Below, piece by piece: positions 36,813 to 51,461 of a stretch of DNA of 64,000 nt. Position 1 is the stretch's first letter. Every line of letters starts with the position of its first letter. This stretch comes from Podarcis liolepis. Taxonomy: Eukaryota. Both the position numbers and the translations under genes were made by a program. The stretch lies in the NCBI GenBank assembly GCA_965112155.1, contig OZ218113.1; one strand, given 5' to 3'. The notes under the pieces were generated by a model. The model worked only from the letters and a program-made list of their open reading frames with translations, was not told the DNA's origin and searched no databases.

Positions 36813-36819
36813 CTGGATG

Positions 36820-36821
36820 GA

Positions 36822-36889
<68 letters not shown>

Positions 36890-36892
36890 AAA
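36820..36892. repeat. (GAAA)n microsatellite
   Basis: About 17 perfect units directly upstream of a TAOK3 acceptor. Confidence 0.95.
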
Positions 36893-37569
36893 GGCACTGT
36901 TAACATCTTGGCCAAGTTTTTAGCTGTGTTGCCCTTTTTCTCCCATATCCTTTGCACTGCTATATAGTAATTGAAATATTCAGGACAGATTAAAAGAAAA
37001 GCCTGCATGCAGCACATAGCTAGTCTCTGGTATGGTTGTCATATTACAAAAAGTGAAAATCCAGACACAAAAGTTGTTGAGCTTTTTTTGGCCAAATTGT
37101 TGAGCTTTTTCTGCAAATTCTCCAAAGAATTGAGCTATTTTTAAGGAAATTCACCAACAAATCAACACTTCTGACATAGGTTGTCATATGCCTGAGTTTT
37201 CCTGGACATTTTTATCAATTTTTTTGCTTTTTGCTTTTATAGACCAGCTTTCTGCCAAGGCACACAAGGCAGTTTACAATTTTAGAATACTAATACAAAA
37301 AAATGCTATAAAATGCAGAAGCGAAATGGGTCCCTGCCTCTCAGCCTAACCTAAGTAACAGGTTGGTGGTGAGGATAAAATGGGGAGGTGGGAAACCTAT
37401 GTAACCCCTTGAGATCCTAAGCGAAAGGTGGGATATAAATGTAATAAACAGATAAATAGTTATGTCCATTAAATTGAATGGATTTATTTTGAGTTGGACT
37501 AGCTGGACTAGTTGGACTGGATACAACCCTATGCCTTTGCAGCCTACTGTGCAACTGTGTCTTGGGGTG

Positions 37570-37945
37570 TTAAAAAATTGCCATCATGTTCCCCCGCTCA
37601 GTTTTCTCCATATATTGGTCATTTAAGCTTCCCTCACAGGTCTTGTTTTCCATACTGCTGATGATGTTCACTGTACTCCTCTTAAATTGTTCTAAGTTGG
37701 CTACATCCTTCTTAATATGTGGCACCCAGAACTGGACACAATACTCCACACGAGATCCGATGAGTGTAGAATAAAGCAGAACTAATGCTTCTCGTGATTT
37801 GGTTCTATTAAGGTCAACTAAAATCATGTTTGCCTCTTTAGAAGACACATCCCAGAGCTGATCCATGTTCAGCTTGTTATAGACATCAGTCCTGAGGTCC
37901 TTTTCACACACATTACTTGCCAAGCCTGGCATCTTCTATTCTACA

Positions 37946-37991
<46 letters not shown>

Positions 37992-38140
37992 TTCTGAAAT
38001 GCAGAACTTTGCATTTGTTTCTGTTAAATTCTGTCCCCATTTTTAAATGTTAACCCTCTTCTATTAAGGTCATTTTGAATCTTATTTCGGTCTTCTAAGG
38101 TTTTAGCTAGCCCTCCGGGTTCTGAATCATCTGCAGATGT
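37570..38140 (-). mobile_element. Old CR1 ORF2 fragment
   Basis: LYSTLI..RVEYCVQFWVPHIKKDVANLE motif on the minus strand; interrupted by (ATT)n at about 37947-37991. Confidence 0.75.
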
Positions 38141-38585
38141 GATAAAAGAGTCATTTCAAATGCTGGAAAGAATCAGGCCTAGGACAGAGCCTAGTGGTAG
38201 CTCACTTGAAACTTCCTTCTAAGGTGGAAGAATTCTGGTTCATGCCATTTTAGTATGGAAGTATGCATGAGTGTGATCTTTTTGACTGCCCTGATGTAGA
38301 AAAAAACACGTTGAAAAGCAGCACATCGCTAGGGATTACGCAAACATATGACACCACCTCTATTCAATCTAAAGTGGTGCAGACTACAATTCTACGTTTA
38401 TGGAATGCTCTCCTCCCATGGAGAACTGCCTGGTGCCAACTTTGCCTGCCACTGAAAAATATGACATTTGGGGAGCACCAATGATTGGATGTTTTTATTC
38501 TGACTGTTTTTTTAATGCGTCTATGCAGTTTCTACTGTGTCACTGTATTTTGCTCTTGTAGATCACTTTATGACTGTCTGTTGTA

Positions 38586-38930
38586 AAGTAAAGGGACCCC
38601 TGACCATTAGGTCCAGCCGTGGCCGACTCTGGGGTTGCGGCGCTCATCTCGCTTTATTGGCTGAGGGAGCCGGCGTACAGCTTCTGGGTCATGTGGCCAG
38701 CATGACTAAGCCGCTTCCAGCGAACCAGAGCAGCGCACGGAAACGCTGTTTACCTTCCCGCCGGAGCAGTACCTATTTATCTACTTGCACTTTGACGTGC
38801 TTTCAAACTGCTAGGTTGGCAGGAGCAGGGACCGAGCAACGGGAGCTCACCCCATTGCGGGGATTCGAACCGCCAACCTTCTGATTGGCAAGTCCTAGGC
38901 TCTGTGGTTTAACCTACAGCGCCACCCGCG
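38586..38930 (-). mobile_element. Sauria/Squam1-type SINE with TSD
   Basis: 13-bp direct repeat ACTGTCTGTTGTA at 38573-38585 and 38934-38946. Confidence 0.92.
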
Positions 38931-39076
38931 TTTACTGTCTGTTGTAGGAAGAACTTAATTCAATAAACCCACTGCCATTACATCCTGCAAGATTATCACT
39001 GGCATTATATATCTTCACCCAGTCTTCTGCACCCCCCCAAAAAAACTCACAATGTTTTTAGGATGCCCTGACTCAC

Positions 39077-39313
39077 CTCCTTTTCTATGACGGCCACTTG
39101 CTTCTTGGCCAGCTTCTCCAGCTCAATGGACGAGTTGTTGGCATGAGTTTCCACCTCTTTCTGCAGCTTGAGGCGGTGCTNNNNNNNNNNNNNNNNNNNN
39201 NNNNNNNNNNNNNNNNNNNNNNNNNNNNNNNNNNNNNNNNNNNNNNNNNNNNNNNNNNNNNNNNNNNNNNNNNNNNNNNNNNNNNNNNNNNNNNNNNNNN
39301 NNNNNNNNNNNNC
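39077..39313 (-). CDS. TAOK3: TAOK3 coding exon (237 nt), 5' part hidden by N gap 39181-39312
   Basis: Visible part HRLKLQKEVETHANNSSIELEKLAKKQVAVIEKE|gtgagt; acceptor ccttag|G at 39315-39313 gives 237 nt, matching the expected 79-codon exon. Confidence 0.88.
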
Positions 39314-42300
39314 CTAAGGCCACCAAAGGAGACAAATATGGACACACACATATTATGTTCGGCTTGACAGGGGAGGTAGTTCAGAAGTGCTCCAAAACAC
39401 TGACCACACCCCATGCTTGCAAGCCCATGTCAGATATTCCAGGAGGTTCAAATAGCCCAGAAGCAAAGCAGATAGGGTCAAGCGATTTATTCAGAGAGGT
39501 GGCTGCAAATGGAAAGACTTTTTACAATGTTGTAGAATCACAGAATCGTAGAGTTGGAAGGGACCGCAGGGTCATCTGGTCCAACCTCCAGAAATGCAGA
39601 AGCCACAGCTAAAGAATCCTTGACAGATGGCTATCCAACCTCTGTTTGAAAGCCTCCATTGAAAGAGAGTCCACCACCATTGTATAAACCCAACCAAGGT
39701 GAAAAGGATTGGACCTTGAATCCTCCGTTACTGGTAAGCAACTAGCTTTGTTAGAGGGCTGTTTTGACAAGGGAGTTGGCTGGGCCAATCCATCACACGC
39801 ACATTTTCCAAATGACTTGTTGCCAAATTCCATTGTTGCAGATGTTGTTCATCTGCACCCATCTTTTGCCTCTGGAGCTGACAATTGGTGGAGCAGGTGC
39901 AACCATGACAGGTCAAAGATATGACCCAGGAACCTCCCTCCATACACTTTGAAATATGTTAGCTTCAATATGATTTTAGACGAGACAGAACCACTATGAG
40001 CTACCTGAAGATGCTAACAGTCTCCGTTGGCAGCCCAGAATGATGTCAAGGTGGATGACATTTCAGACCAAACTCAGGACCCAGGAGCATTCAGCTCCAC
40101 ACACAGACATTTAAAGCAGGGTGCTTTAAGCTCCTGCCCTGGTCTCAAAATGTCTGCTCTTCCACCATTACTTGACTAATGATGAAAATATTCTTCCTCC
40201 GCTCCTGCGCTAGGGCTGAGTGTGACTTTCCCAGGACCTGTTTGAGAGGGGAACCTTACAAAGAGAAGAAACAAAACCTTCCTAAATTTCTGATGGGCTA
40301 AAACTGACAGCCATACCACTGGCCAAAATGTTTCCTGGGTCACACTCATATCTTAGGTCAGAACAATCAGAGGACTTCAGGTCACTGCTATTTGCATTCT
40401 GGCATGTGCAATGCCTCTTCCTTGCTACTTTTAGTCCTCTATCTTCCCCAGTGCCCAGATTCCATGAGATTGGTGCAACTCTGGCTTTCACTGGCCTGCG
40501 AGCTTTTCTACAGTGGACAATTTACAGTGATAGCCTACTCAGAATCACATCCCACTTTTCTTCAGTGCTTCTACTGTGTGACTGTGCATTGTCCTTGTCT
40601 TGACAGGGAAAGCAAATGGAAGACTTGGGTACCCTTATCTGCAAGACTAGGGATAGCTCCCAAGTAGAAGACTTGTAGCAACAACCTCCAAAGCAGATCT
40701 AGCCTGAACTTGGTTTCATTGTGCAGGTCCTTAAGCCACACACCCTTAGTTAAGAGTGGATCTCTTAAGGTGGTAGTGATTTGGCCTGGAGTCTAGCACT
40801 TGCTCACCATTTTTGGCTCCTCTACAGTGAGAATAGAAGACCTTGAATAACTGGTGACACAGCTTCTCAACAGCTGTCTTTGCAAGTGCTCTGATGGTGT
40901 TTCCTGCTTGGCAGGGGGTTGGACTCGATGGCCCTTGTGGTCTCTTCCAACTCTATGATTCTATGATTCTAAGTGTTCTGGACCTTTGGTATCTTAGTCC
41001 TTATGAAATGGGGGAGGATTTGGGGTCATTCTGCTCTGCATTATGTCCTCTTCTCAGCACTAGATGGTGGTTTCGGGTCCTAGGGACTGCTTTGATCACT
41101 CCAATCCTGCATTTTCTAGGTCAGCCTTGGTTGCTAGCCAGGCTCATGGATATAACACCTTCCTCAAGGTCACTAGTTGGGGCTACAGTAGCCATAATGT
41201 TAGGAAACTGCATGGCAGGAATGAGCAGGAGGTAGATCAGGATCTACTGATGATTTGCAATAGCAACCAACAAGAAGCACCCCCCTTTATTCTGCTGAAA
41301 TGAAGAAAACTGCAGAAAACCAAGAAAGGACTGAGCTTAGCTCTGGTACCAAAGGCAAACTCGTGGGCTGAACATACTTCTAACAGGACTGGACTTGGTT
41401 CATGTGTAGGATATAGTTCGTTTCTTTGAAACTGTGAATTACACCTCTCAGATTTGTGTTTACATGATCGCTTCTTTTGGGATTAAAAACGAAACGTGCC
41501 CAAAACCTTCTTGGAGCCAGAGGTTACTGGCTTTTCCAACACACCTGCTGAATGTGTGAACAACTCAAGATGCTGAAGAAAGCTAGAGGGCTAGAGGGTT
41601 GTCATCACTGACTATGGCTTCTTCTGAACCATGTCTGTACCCCTATCCAACCAGGTATGCCAACTCTGTTCCTCCAGAGAGAGAATTTTTAAAGAGTGGC
41701 CTACCATGAGCCATTTTAATTTGGTTAGGGGTGCACTCAATAGCTTCTTTAACCTTGCGGGTAGAACTCAGCCCACCAAAAGCAGGCATATCAACTTAAT
41801 GTAAAATTGATAAAAAATTGAAATCTGTGGAGCAAGGGTAGGAATTGAAGCGTACCCAACAGATTTGGCCATCATACATCTGAGAGGGATCATGAAAAAG
41901 TGATCAGAGGGAGGAAAAGGAACAGAGTTAAAATGCTTTTGGTCTTCCTAGGGAGATGTTGCTCCCCACAAATAAAAGGCATCAATCCTTCAGGAAGTTG
42001 GGAGTGGAAGTTTCTCCCTCCCCTCTATTTCAGACTACACCTGATTATTTCCAGGGAGCAGCTATATTGTTGGCCAAATCCCTGGATCTGTCATTGCTAT
42101 AGTTACGGTAAGTGTTTTCAAAATACATATCTCACCCCTCAATTTACTCCTGAACAACAGGGCACCTGGAAGCATACCATGAGTCCTGCAACCCCCTGCT
42201 CACATACTTAGTGAAATCCGAAATGGTGTCCAAGCCTCAAAAGCCACAACCGTTTCCTTATTTGGAATATTTGCATCACGCTCTTCGAGTCCGAAGGATG

Positions 42301-45300
42301 CCCAGAGTGGCTAACAAAACAATTTAGCTCAACATTAGAACAATAAAAATCAACGAAACAATATGGTCCTGTAAACAGCAGAGCAGCTAAAATGTTGTGG
42401 CTTTAAAGAGAATTAAAACTGCAAGTTGTAAGTCTAAAGTGATGCTTAAAATGGCCCGGGCACATGCAAAGGATTTCAGCTGCTGCAGAAAAGACAACAG
42501 CACTCAACAAGTCTCCCTAGAAATAGGATTCACGCAACCAAAGAGGTTCCTTTTGTTAATCCTCATGGCTGGCGGAACCTGGAGATGGTTCTGTCTGGAT
42601 GATCCTGATGCTGGGGGGGGGGGGCTCATGAGGCCCTTATTTGCCACCATACACCAACCCCAAAGCCCAGCCTTCTCTAACCTTGGGTCCTCTGATGTTG
42701 CTGGGTACCAATGGGAAGGGATGATGGCATTTTTGGACCAACTAACACCCAAGGACTCAAAGTTGCAGAAGGCTACTAATACTGAGAAGCACTGGAAGAG
42801 GCTAAGGAGACATTCTTGGGACCCATGCAGAATAAGTCCCTATAACTGCTAATGTTCAGTCCGCAAAACAGGCTCATTTCAAGCTCACCCACCTATTTAT
42901 TCGCTTCATATTAAAAAAAAATATTAAAAACTTATGGACACCTGTGCACATTCTTTGCCCTTTAAATACACAGGAAGTCTTTCTTCCTCCAGCTCTAAAC
43001 TCTTATCTGACCAACTGCCTAATAGCCAAAATAAACAGTCCTTTTTGAAGGCTGCAACCATGGGAGGGATGGGTTCAAACTGTTTTGCAGTTCAGCTGGT
43101 ACTGAAACGACTATGGCTTGAAGACCTGGCCAGATCACAGCTCTATTGATACTATTTATTTTGTATTACTTTTATAATAGATTCTCAATTTATTGATAGT
43201 CACTCTTTTTTTTAACCAATGAAATTTAAGTAAATATCCACGATGCTAACTTGCACTTTGTAGGAGAATGAACAAGTGTGAGATAACTTGTAGAGTGGTA
43301 TCAACAGTTATCAACCTTTTTTAAAAGGAAAGGGCACCTCAATTATTTTTAATTTCTCATCCTTTGCTGTAGTAAGAAGTGTGCATTACTAAAAATAAAA
43401 GTGTGTTCTGGACTCTCAGCACCAGCAACTAAAATTTCCTCACACCAATTCATTAAATGAAGCTTTAATTTATTAATCTACCCGTTAAAAGTTTGCAGGT
43501 ATATTTTTAACATAAGGTTTCCTAATACTGCGTGTGGCACTGACAATATCCCTTGTGGCTATTCCCTAGGAGCCATTCATGTCCCCATTTTTACCCCTGG
43601 AAAACTGAGGCTGAGAGACAGTGATAAGATGCAAGGCACTCAGTGTGTGCTCTACTGCTGCTACCTGCAGCCAGCTGATGTCTTGTCTTCTGAGCCCCTA
43701 GCAACCTGGTAGATTGAACTTCAGCTATTTAGGCTGCAGTGCCAGTGTGACTGAGCACTGTCCAAGTGTCAATTCTGGCCTGTCAGGTCCTATGAAGTGT
43801 TGGCTCCCTTGGTTTGAGCAGTTCAGCTCTAATGTGATGACACTGCCAAAGCTATTGCTTCCTCTCCATGACTTTGACCCAGTCAAGACTGGACGTTTCT
43901 GCCATAGATCCTGGGACTCAGGTGCCTGGAGCTTGACCCAAGCCGAGAACTAATTGCCATGTGTCCAAGGCTACTCAGTGATTCCACACCAGAGATTTTC
44001 CAGGTCCAAGGATAACACACTTTGCTGGAACATAACATGCACAGCAGGATAAAAACATAGGCAATGCCTACGTAACTTAAAAGGAAGGTTAAAAATGTAG
44101 TAAGTTGTGGTGTGGTCTCAAAATGGCAGCAGCCTGAGGACTGTTTCACCCCGGGATGGACTGATCAAACCTACACTTTGCCATGTTTATTAGTGCCTTG
44201 CAAACTGGTCTTCCCACAGTGTCAGTGAGTTCAGGAAGCACACTCTAATTTATGACGGTCATGATCCTCTGGGAAATTTGATGGTGCACAACTCCACTGG
44301 AATGGATAGGAGTGCCAGAAATGTTCTTGTGCAGAAATGGAGCTACCTTAAAAGTCACATAGGGCTTCACTTCCTTTTTTTAAAATTACTTCGTTTGCAC
44401 TTTTTCCAGGTCCTTTTCTAAGACTTCCAGAGCCCACCGTTGGAATATTTTCTAAAAGGATAATTTTGTAATCTTACATCTCCAGCCCCTAAAGCATTTC
44501 CAGCCCACAGGTCTGATCCGGCACTGCAGGCCTCCCTGTTTTAGGCGAGCCACACCCACCTGCGCTAAAATTGATGTCATATATGATGCCGGGTGTGAGG
44601 CAGGTAAAGGCAGGGTGTGGCCAGAAGGGTCTTTGCAAGCATGGCAAACTGGCAGTGGCCGCAAAGCCCTGTTGTGAGCTGCTTCCCGAATGCCTGACAG
44701 CTAGCTAGTAGGCTGGCACTGGAGAACCAATCTACGCAGAACTTTTGCCAGCCCTACACTGTACCAAGTACAGAGCTCACAAAATGATTTTGCATGGTGC
44801 TTCCCAAACATTGCTCTCAGACCTTTTCACAGGCCACGCCCCCTCTCTCCAGGCCACACCACCTGGTCCTGCTTTGCACCTTCCTTAACAGGCTTGGGCT
44901 GGCTGGAATGCGTCCTTCAACTCTGAGCATGTCTCTTGCTTGCCTGGATGGAGGAAAGAGGAGGGGTGTGCAAGTGTGCCTAGAAGATACCCTACTGGAC
45001 AAAGGGGAAATTCACAGTTGTTGCTCTGGCCACTCTTGCCTCTGGCCCTGCACGCCACTGGTCTGTGGTCCCCCAAGAAGGTTGCCAGGAATGGAACATG
45101 GCCCTGGAGATGAAAAAGGTTCCCAACCCCTGTGCTAGACAGCATACGATCCCCATATATCGTACTGGTTCCATCCACCGGGCTGGTAGCAAGCTCTTCA
45201 CAACAGAAAAGGTTAATAAGGGCTTCCTACTTAAGTTGGAACATTTCCTAGGCAATGATCATTTTCATCCTGCCCTAGCCACAAGTGGCATGTACACCTG

Positions 45301-48300
45301 AGAGTGGCTCACTCTGGCAGGCCACAGAAAGGGTTGATCTGAAGCTGCAGGACCTCGGAGAGCTCCGAGCCCACAATCTGCTCAGGGAGCATATCCCTAT
45401 CCAGGCATTCGCTTATGGATGTGTGAAGGGTCCAGCTCTGTGTGTGGAGGCAGCCTCACCCTCTCATGGATGGCACACGTGCCACCAGTCAATATGTGGG
45501 TTCAGTCTGAAGGGAGATGCTTCAATGTGTGTGGGATTTCCTCCACTGCAACCCAGATTGGCTAGGGTTCCTGTGCCTGTGGAAATGGCTCCGTTCAGAC
45601 TAAGCTGGCCACATGCAGGCTGGAGGACAATGCTGCTGCTCTTGTTGGCATCGAGGAGGCAAGGCCGGCTCTGGAGTTCCTGCTGGCTCCTTCCCACATT
45701 TGTAAATAAATGCCAAATAGGACTGTGATCTTTATCTAGACTGAGGCCTTTTATTTGGGCCAGACTACCACCTCTAAGCTCTCTGGTCTGGAGCACCCCA
45801 TTGCCACTCAGTGAGCTTCTCCCTTGTTCTTTATCTGATGTACTGAGCAGATGCTGGGGAGCGTGAGGCTGCTGGTGTAAGGGGGCCAGCTCCTCAAAGC
45901 AAGCTAGCTCAGGGGTTGTTGTCTGGGAGTCCTGGTTTGAGGGCTCTGGTTGAAGGGGCTCTAATGTGGTGATGGGCTCTGGGCCTAGGTTCAAGCCCCT
46001 TGATAGCTTGGGCTACTTCCCTTCCAGATCCAGCTGGTTTATCCTCCTCCTGTGCCCGAGTCCTGGCTATCATTCACAACCAGGGTCATGACCACGTCTC
46101 CTTGTCCTTCCTTCCTTCCAACTCATCTTATTCTCTGGCTTGAAACCCTGGTTCAATCCCTAAGCTCCTTCTGGACAACTGGCTCTTAGACCAGAGGTAG
46201 CCAATATGGCACCCTCCAGTTGCTAAGGCTGATGGGAGCTGCAGCCCAAATCAGAAGAGCAGCACCTGCCTTAAAGAAAAGCACAAATTTAAACTGGACC
46301 CACCAAGACACAACTAGACACAACGCTTCAGCCATTATTAATCAGGTCTCTTAAGTTATGTGCGCTTAGTTCCTTCAAGCCTGTCCTCACAGGATGTGCA
46401 TTCCAGAGCCTTTATCACCTTCAGTGCCCCTCTCCAAATCCGTTACCCATTTGTATACCCTCCTTAAACTGAACGCATTACTCCAGATGAGGTGTATGCG
46501 GTGCTGAGTAAGGTCTTGTTATTACTTTCCGAGTCTTGAGGGAAAAATGCTCCTATTAACATAACCTAAAATAGCACTGGTCTTCTGTGCCACTGCATCA
46601 CACCAGCAATGCATATTCAAGTTTTTTTTTTTTTTTTTACAAACCCTATAAACTCTCTCAAGTCTTTGCTGGGTTTACCGCTGGCTAGCCATCTTTATCA
46701 ACTGATGACTGGCAAAGTCTCTAAGCGCCACAGCACACCCAAATGACATCAAAGAGTGTGCTAAGGGAACCTGCAGCCTCTGTGCACCCTGCACCCCATC
46801 CAGAATGGATCAGAATCTCCCCGCCCTTGCACTTATTGGAGGGTGAGCAGCATTGGCAGTAAAGGTCCAACATGCACCAGGAGGGAAACATGATACGCAA
46901 TGGCCTCAGATGCTCCCACACACTGATGATGCATCCAAGCCATCTGGCATAACGGGGAGTTGTAGTTTGCATGATGTGTTGCCACTCCGGGTGCATCACT
47001 CACACACAGACATGTCCAAGGGCCTCTGAGGCCATGTTTTTGGCATACACAAGGCCTCCCTTGTTGTGCTCCCTATGCTAGAGGAGGGAGGGGTTGAAAG
47101 GGATCTGTGGGAGTATCTGAGGCCTCAGCACATCATGTGCGCTTTCTGGTGCACACTGGGTCCCACCCAATGCTATTCCAGCCTCCAGCAAGCTGTACAG
47201 CACAGGGGGAAGAGGCACACCTGATTCATGCTGGGAGGGGTGCGCAGAGGTCTTGAGACTAATTCATGAGCTCAATGAAATCATGGGGCATGCAGTGGGG
47301 CCTACTGGCCTTACCACTCTTCAATTAGTCCAGGAAATCAGTGGATTAATTTTGAGACATCCTTTTAATTAATCCAGCATTTTTAGATTAATTAAAGGAT
47401 GGGAGTTGGAAAAGTCTCCCCATTGCTAATTTCATCTCAGATCCCAACAGTGTTTACTGACTCTCTGGGCAGCAAGGCTGCTAAGCAACATTTACAGAGA
47501 AAAGTCAAAGAAGGCAGCCCTGGGTATGGAGGTTAGTCGAGGGGCAATGATCCCATGGTCCATCAGTTCTCTGGTGCCTCTGCTCACCAGAGAAGAGCTT
47601 GCTCACCAGCTTGCTTGCCAAGCCCATCAGCACCACCCCAAGGAGCACAGAGGCGCCTCGTGCCAAGCCAGATGACTGGTCCATCTAGCTCTGTGTTTTC
47701 TGCTGCACTGACTGGCAGCAGCTCTCCAGGGTTTGGGGCAGAGGATCGTTCCCAGCCCATTGGAACATGTGAAGCTGCAATCAATGGGATAAAGATTTTG
47801 ACAGTGCTAAGAGTAGAAGTGGGTCTTTGTATGAGGATGAATGAAAAAGCAATGAATGAATGTTTCATTCCTTACATAGGAACACTGAAAGCGGCCTTAT
47901 TCTAAGTCAGATTGGTGGTCCATGTGTTTCAGTATTGCCTACACTGACTGACACCCTGGATGGTCGCTGCCGGATGGGGGACATTCTCAGCCCTACCTGC
48001 TGGGGATTGAACCTGGGACCTTCTGAATGCAAGGCAGGTGCTCAACCACTAAGCCTATTCACCTTCCTGGGTGAATTGGCTCCTCCAAATTTCACCTGCC
48101 TGACCCTCCAAACAAGTAGAAGGTCTTGTCAGCAGTCTCCCCTGCTGCTAGGCAGTCTCCTGCTTCCCACCTCCCTTTCCAGTCCCACACAAGGAGCCTC
48201 CAATGGGGCTCCCTCTCCCTCACTGCAAGCCCTGTTCATTGCTAGTCAACCTCTCCACCAAAGCCCCAGGCAGAGCAACCAAGCACCAGGAAACCCATGC

Positions 48301-51300
48301 CCTTCTTTCCCGCAGAGGGGACTTGCACAAGAGGCTACCTCAAGGGATTCTAATGGCCAGAACTATTGGGAGCATTAAGAGTCTCTTTTGCCACTCATTG
48401 CTGGGTTCAGCTGCAGAGTGAGCAGGACTGACGTTGGGCAGTTGGTAAGAGCTGATCTTTTATCCAGAGGACCTCCCTTTGCCCCGATACATAGATACTT
48501 ATGCACAGCAGCGGGACACACCCATGATGATGTTTCCATGCTTCCCTGCCAGGACACACTAGGTAGAACTAGTTGAGGGGGCAAGGGCAGAAAGTGGGGC
48601 AAATTTAGAAGAAAGGCCCATGCTGAAAATGGCTGAGAAACCTCTCCTTACTGAGGTGCTGGGAACACCCAAAGCATGCTGAGTTTTGCAAGGCCACGTG
48701 GTTAATTATAGTGCCTACTAAAATTTGCCTAGAATACCGGTCAGGATCACCAACCTATTACACCCACCCCACATGACCTTTCTTCCAATCACAGGATTAC
48801 TTTTACAGCAATATTACCTATCCGTCAGTCACTTCGCACCCTGAGTTTCCTTAGGATTTAGTGTTACATGGCAGCTGATGGTGAAGAGGTCTAGTGTAGT
48901 GGTTAAGAGACTGAGCTCTGAGGTCACACCCACACTGGGCATTTAAAGTGCTTTCATATCAGTTTAAGCATCATGGAGAATCCTGGAAGCTGTAGTTTGC
49001 TAAGAGTGCTGGGAATAGTAGCCCTGCGAGGTCAGCACCCGTAACAAACTACAGTTCCCGGGATTCTTTAAGGAAAGCCACAGTAAGCGTGTGACCTGAA
49101 TCAGGAAGCCCTTCTTCTGCATCTCAGCTCCGCCAGGTGGGTTCCAGGCGAGGAATTCTCTCTGCTTCAGTTCCCCACCTACAACGAGGGGGTACTAATA
49201 CTGACCTATGTTACAGGGCTTTGAAAACGCTCTCACACTGTATAATTGTGTACTGCTGTCGTGATCCCAGGAACAGTGCAATGAATTTGCCCAAACAAAC
49301 TCTTTCTCTTGGACACACATCGCTTACAGACTTTGCCATCTGAGGTGGTTAGTTCAGATAGGAGTCTCTCCCTCTCTCCCTCCTTTGGTGACCTCTTTTG
49401 TGAGGACAGACACAAATACCTCATTTAAACTTTACTATGATACTGCTATCATCATTGATGTCCCTAAGGGAACAGCAGGAATGGATTTTAAAACCTGATA
49501 TGGAAAGAAGTGAAAGAATGATTCATGGAGAGAGAAGAGGAATGGCTGGACCAGAGCTTTAAAAGAACACGGGGCTTTTTGAAGCCAAACAATACAAGGA
49601 GCTCCCTTTTTACGGAGCCAGACCTAATAGTGCCTCCCATTCAGCACTGTCCACCCTTTCCAGGGTCCCAGACAGAGATCTCTTTCAGCGCTGATTGCAC
49701 ACAACCCTTTAAGCGGAGATGCAGGAAACTGAACATGGAACCTTAGCCATGCCTTGAATTAACAGTGGCATCCTGTTCTGGTGGTTGCCAGGGTCCCTAC
49801 CTTGATCGCCTGTGCACAAACCAGATAGTGGGACCTTTGCAACAGAGCTCCTTTCACAAAGCAAAGAGCCAAAAAGCCAACGAAACAGAAACTAAATTGG
49901 GAGTGGCTAAGGCTGTAGCAAAACTGCAGAGCAAAGGGAATTAACACTGCAAGAACAAGGGAGGAGAAACCCAGAGCAATGAGTTCTTACCATCAGCTCC
50001 TGGAAGAGCAATAAGTGGTCTGAGTAGGTCCAGCACGGGCAGACATTTTCACAGGGGCTACAAAAAGGTTTTTACCTCCCCACCCCCACCCTGTCCCCCA
50101 TGGATGGCTAACGTAGGGTGGTAGCTCTTTGGAGATGGCTCATGGGGAGCCTGAATTGTTATTCAGCTGGGATGGGATTCAGTCTGAAAACTGCTTGTTT
50201 CAGGCCATGGGTGGGGTTCAGAATAGAGACATGGAGAACAGAACCTTTGCAGCACTGTCCATGGGCTGCAGGAGTTGGGGGCTTTTGGGGGGGGGAGGAA
50301 AAAGGACACCTGTATTTGTTTAATGCTATGATATACAGAATTAAAAGGACTCTGATTTGAGAGCAGCTGCTGGCTGTGAACCAGAGGATTGCATTGCCAT
50401 GGAGGAGGGATTGTCTCTAGTAAATTAAGCTGTTAAGAGAGTTCAAGCAGCTTTCTCCCTCCTTATGCATCCCTTCCATGACACCCTGACCACTTCATAT
50501 TCCTGGAAGCCATTGAGTATGCTCAATCTTTGTGATTTTGTAGTTTTCTTTTACTGTCCCTTTAATTTGTGTACTAATATAGATCTGTATATTTGGAGAA
50601 ACCACTGTTGCATTGATTTTGGGGCTGGGGGTGGGGATTTTACTTCCAAAGCTAACTAGAGAAGAGGCTGCCAAATTCTCTATCGGAAGGGACAAGAACA
50701 CAGTGCAATGTATTCCTCATCTCTAACAGGAGAGCTCCTGTTCAGGGCTCCAACTAGCTCAGAATAAGAGCCTTGTAAGGCTCTTCAAGGCTTCCAGAAA
50801 AGGGGAGGGGGAGGTTTCAAGAAGAACATAAGAAAAAAAGGCACTTCAGTACTCTCCCCAGCCCTGCCCCCCATCCTCAAAACTCTCCCCACCTGTTCTT
50901 AGGGATGTGGGATGTTCTTAGGGATTTTGCACCATCCCTCACCAAACCAGCATGTGAAGCTATTCTTTGAAATTCACATTTGCAATGCAGTTCTCCAGCC
51001 AAAAAACTGTGTCCATTAGGAGAAACGGCAAGAAGAAGAAAGCATGCATTGGTGGAAATAACATACAAAAATATATTGGGGAAAGTTGCTTGCAAAAAAT
51101 CTATACATTTCGCAAATCTGCAAAGAAAGAGGAGTGGGATTTTTTTTGTACAGACTATTAAAAAATGTGCAAACTGAAGTGGAAATGGGGTGTGGTAAAC
51201 TGAACTTGAGACTGGGAAAATGAGAAACTGGGAGAATCCCAAACGGACAATATTCGTCCATCCCCACTTGTGCTATATAGTGCTGGTAGGTAGGGAGGTT

Positions 51301-51418
51301 TCTAGATAGTAGGAAAAGGAAACATGGGGTGATGAGATCCTCATGGTATGTATGCCCAGGAGTGGCTGGGGAAACCCAGACAGATGGGCGGGGTATAAAT
51401 AATGAAAATTATTATTAC

Positions 51419-51461
<43 letters not shown>

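Noticed and set aside
45285-46080. Long ORFs (147 and 176 aa) in the large TAOK3 intron
   Set aside because: No family similarity or splice support; an LTR-like remnant is possible but termini and TSD could not be confirmed
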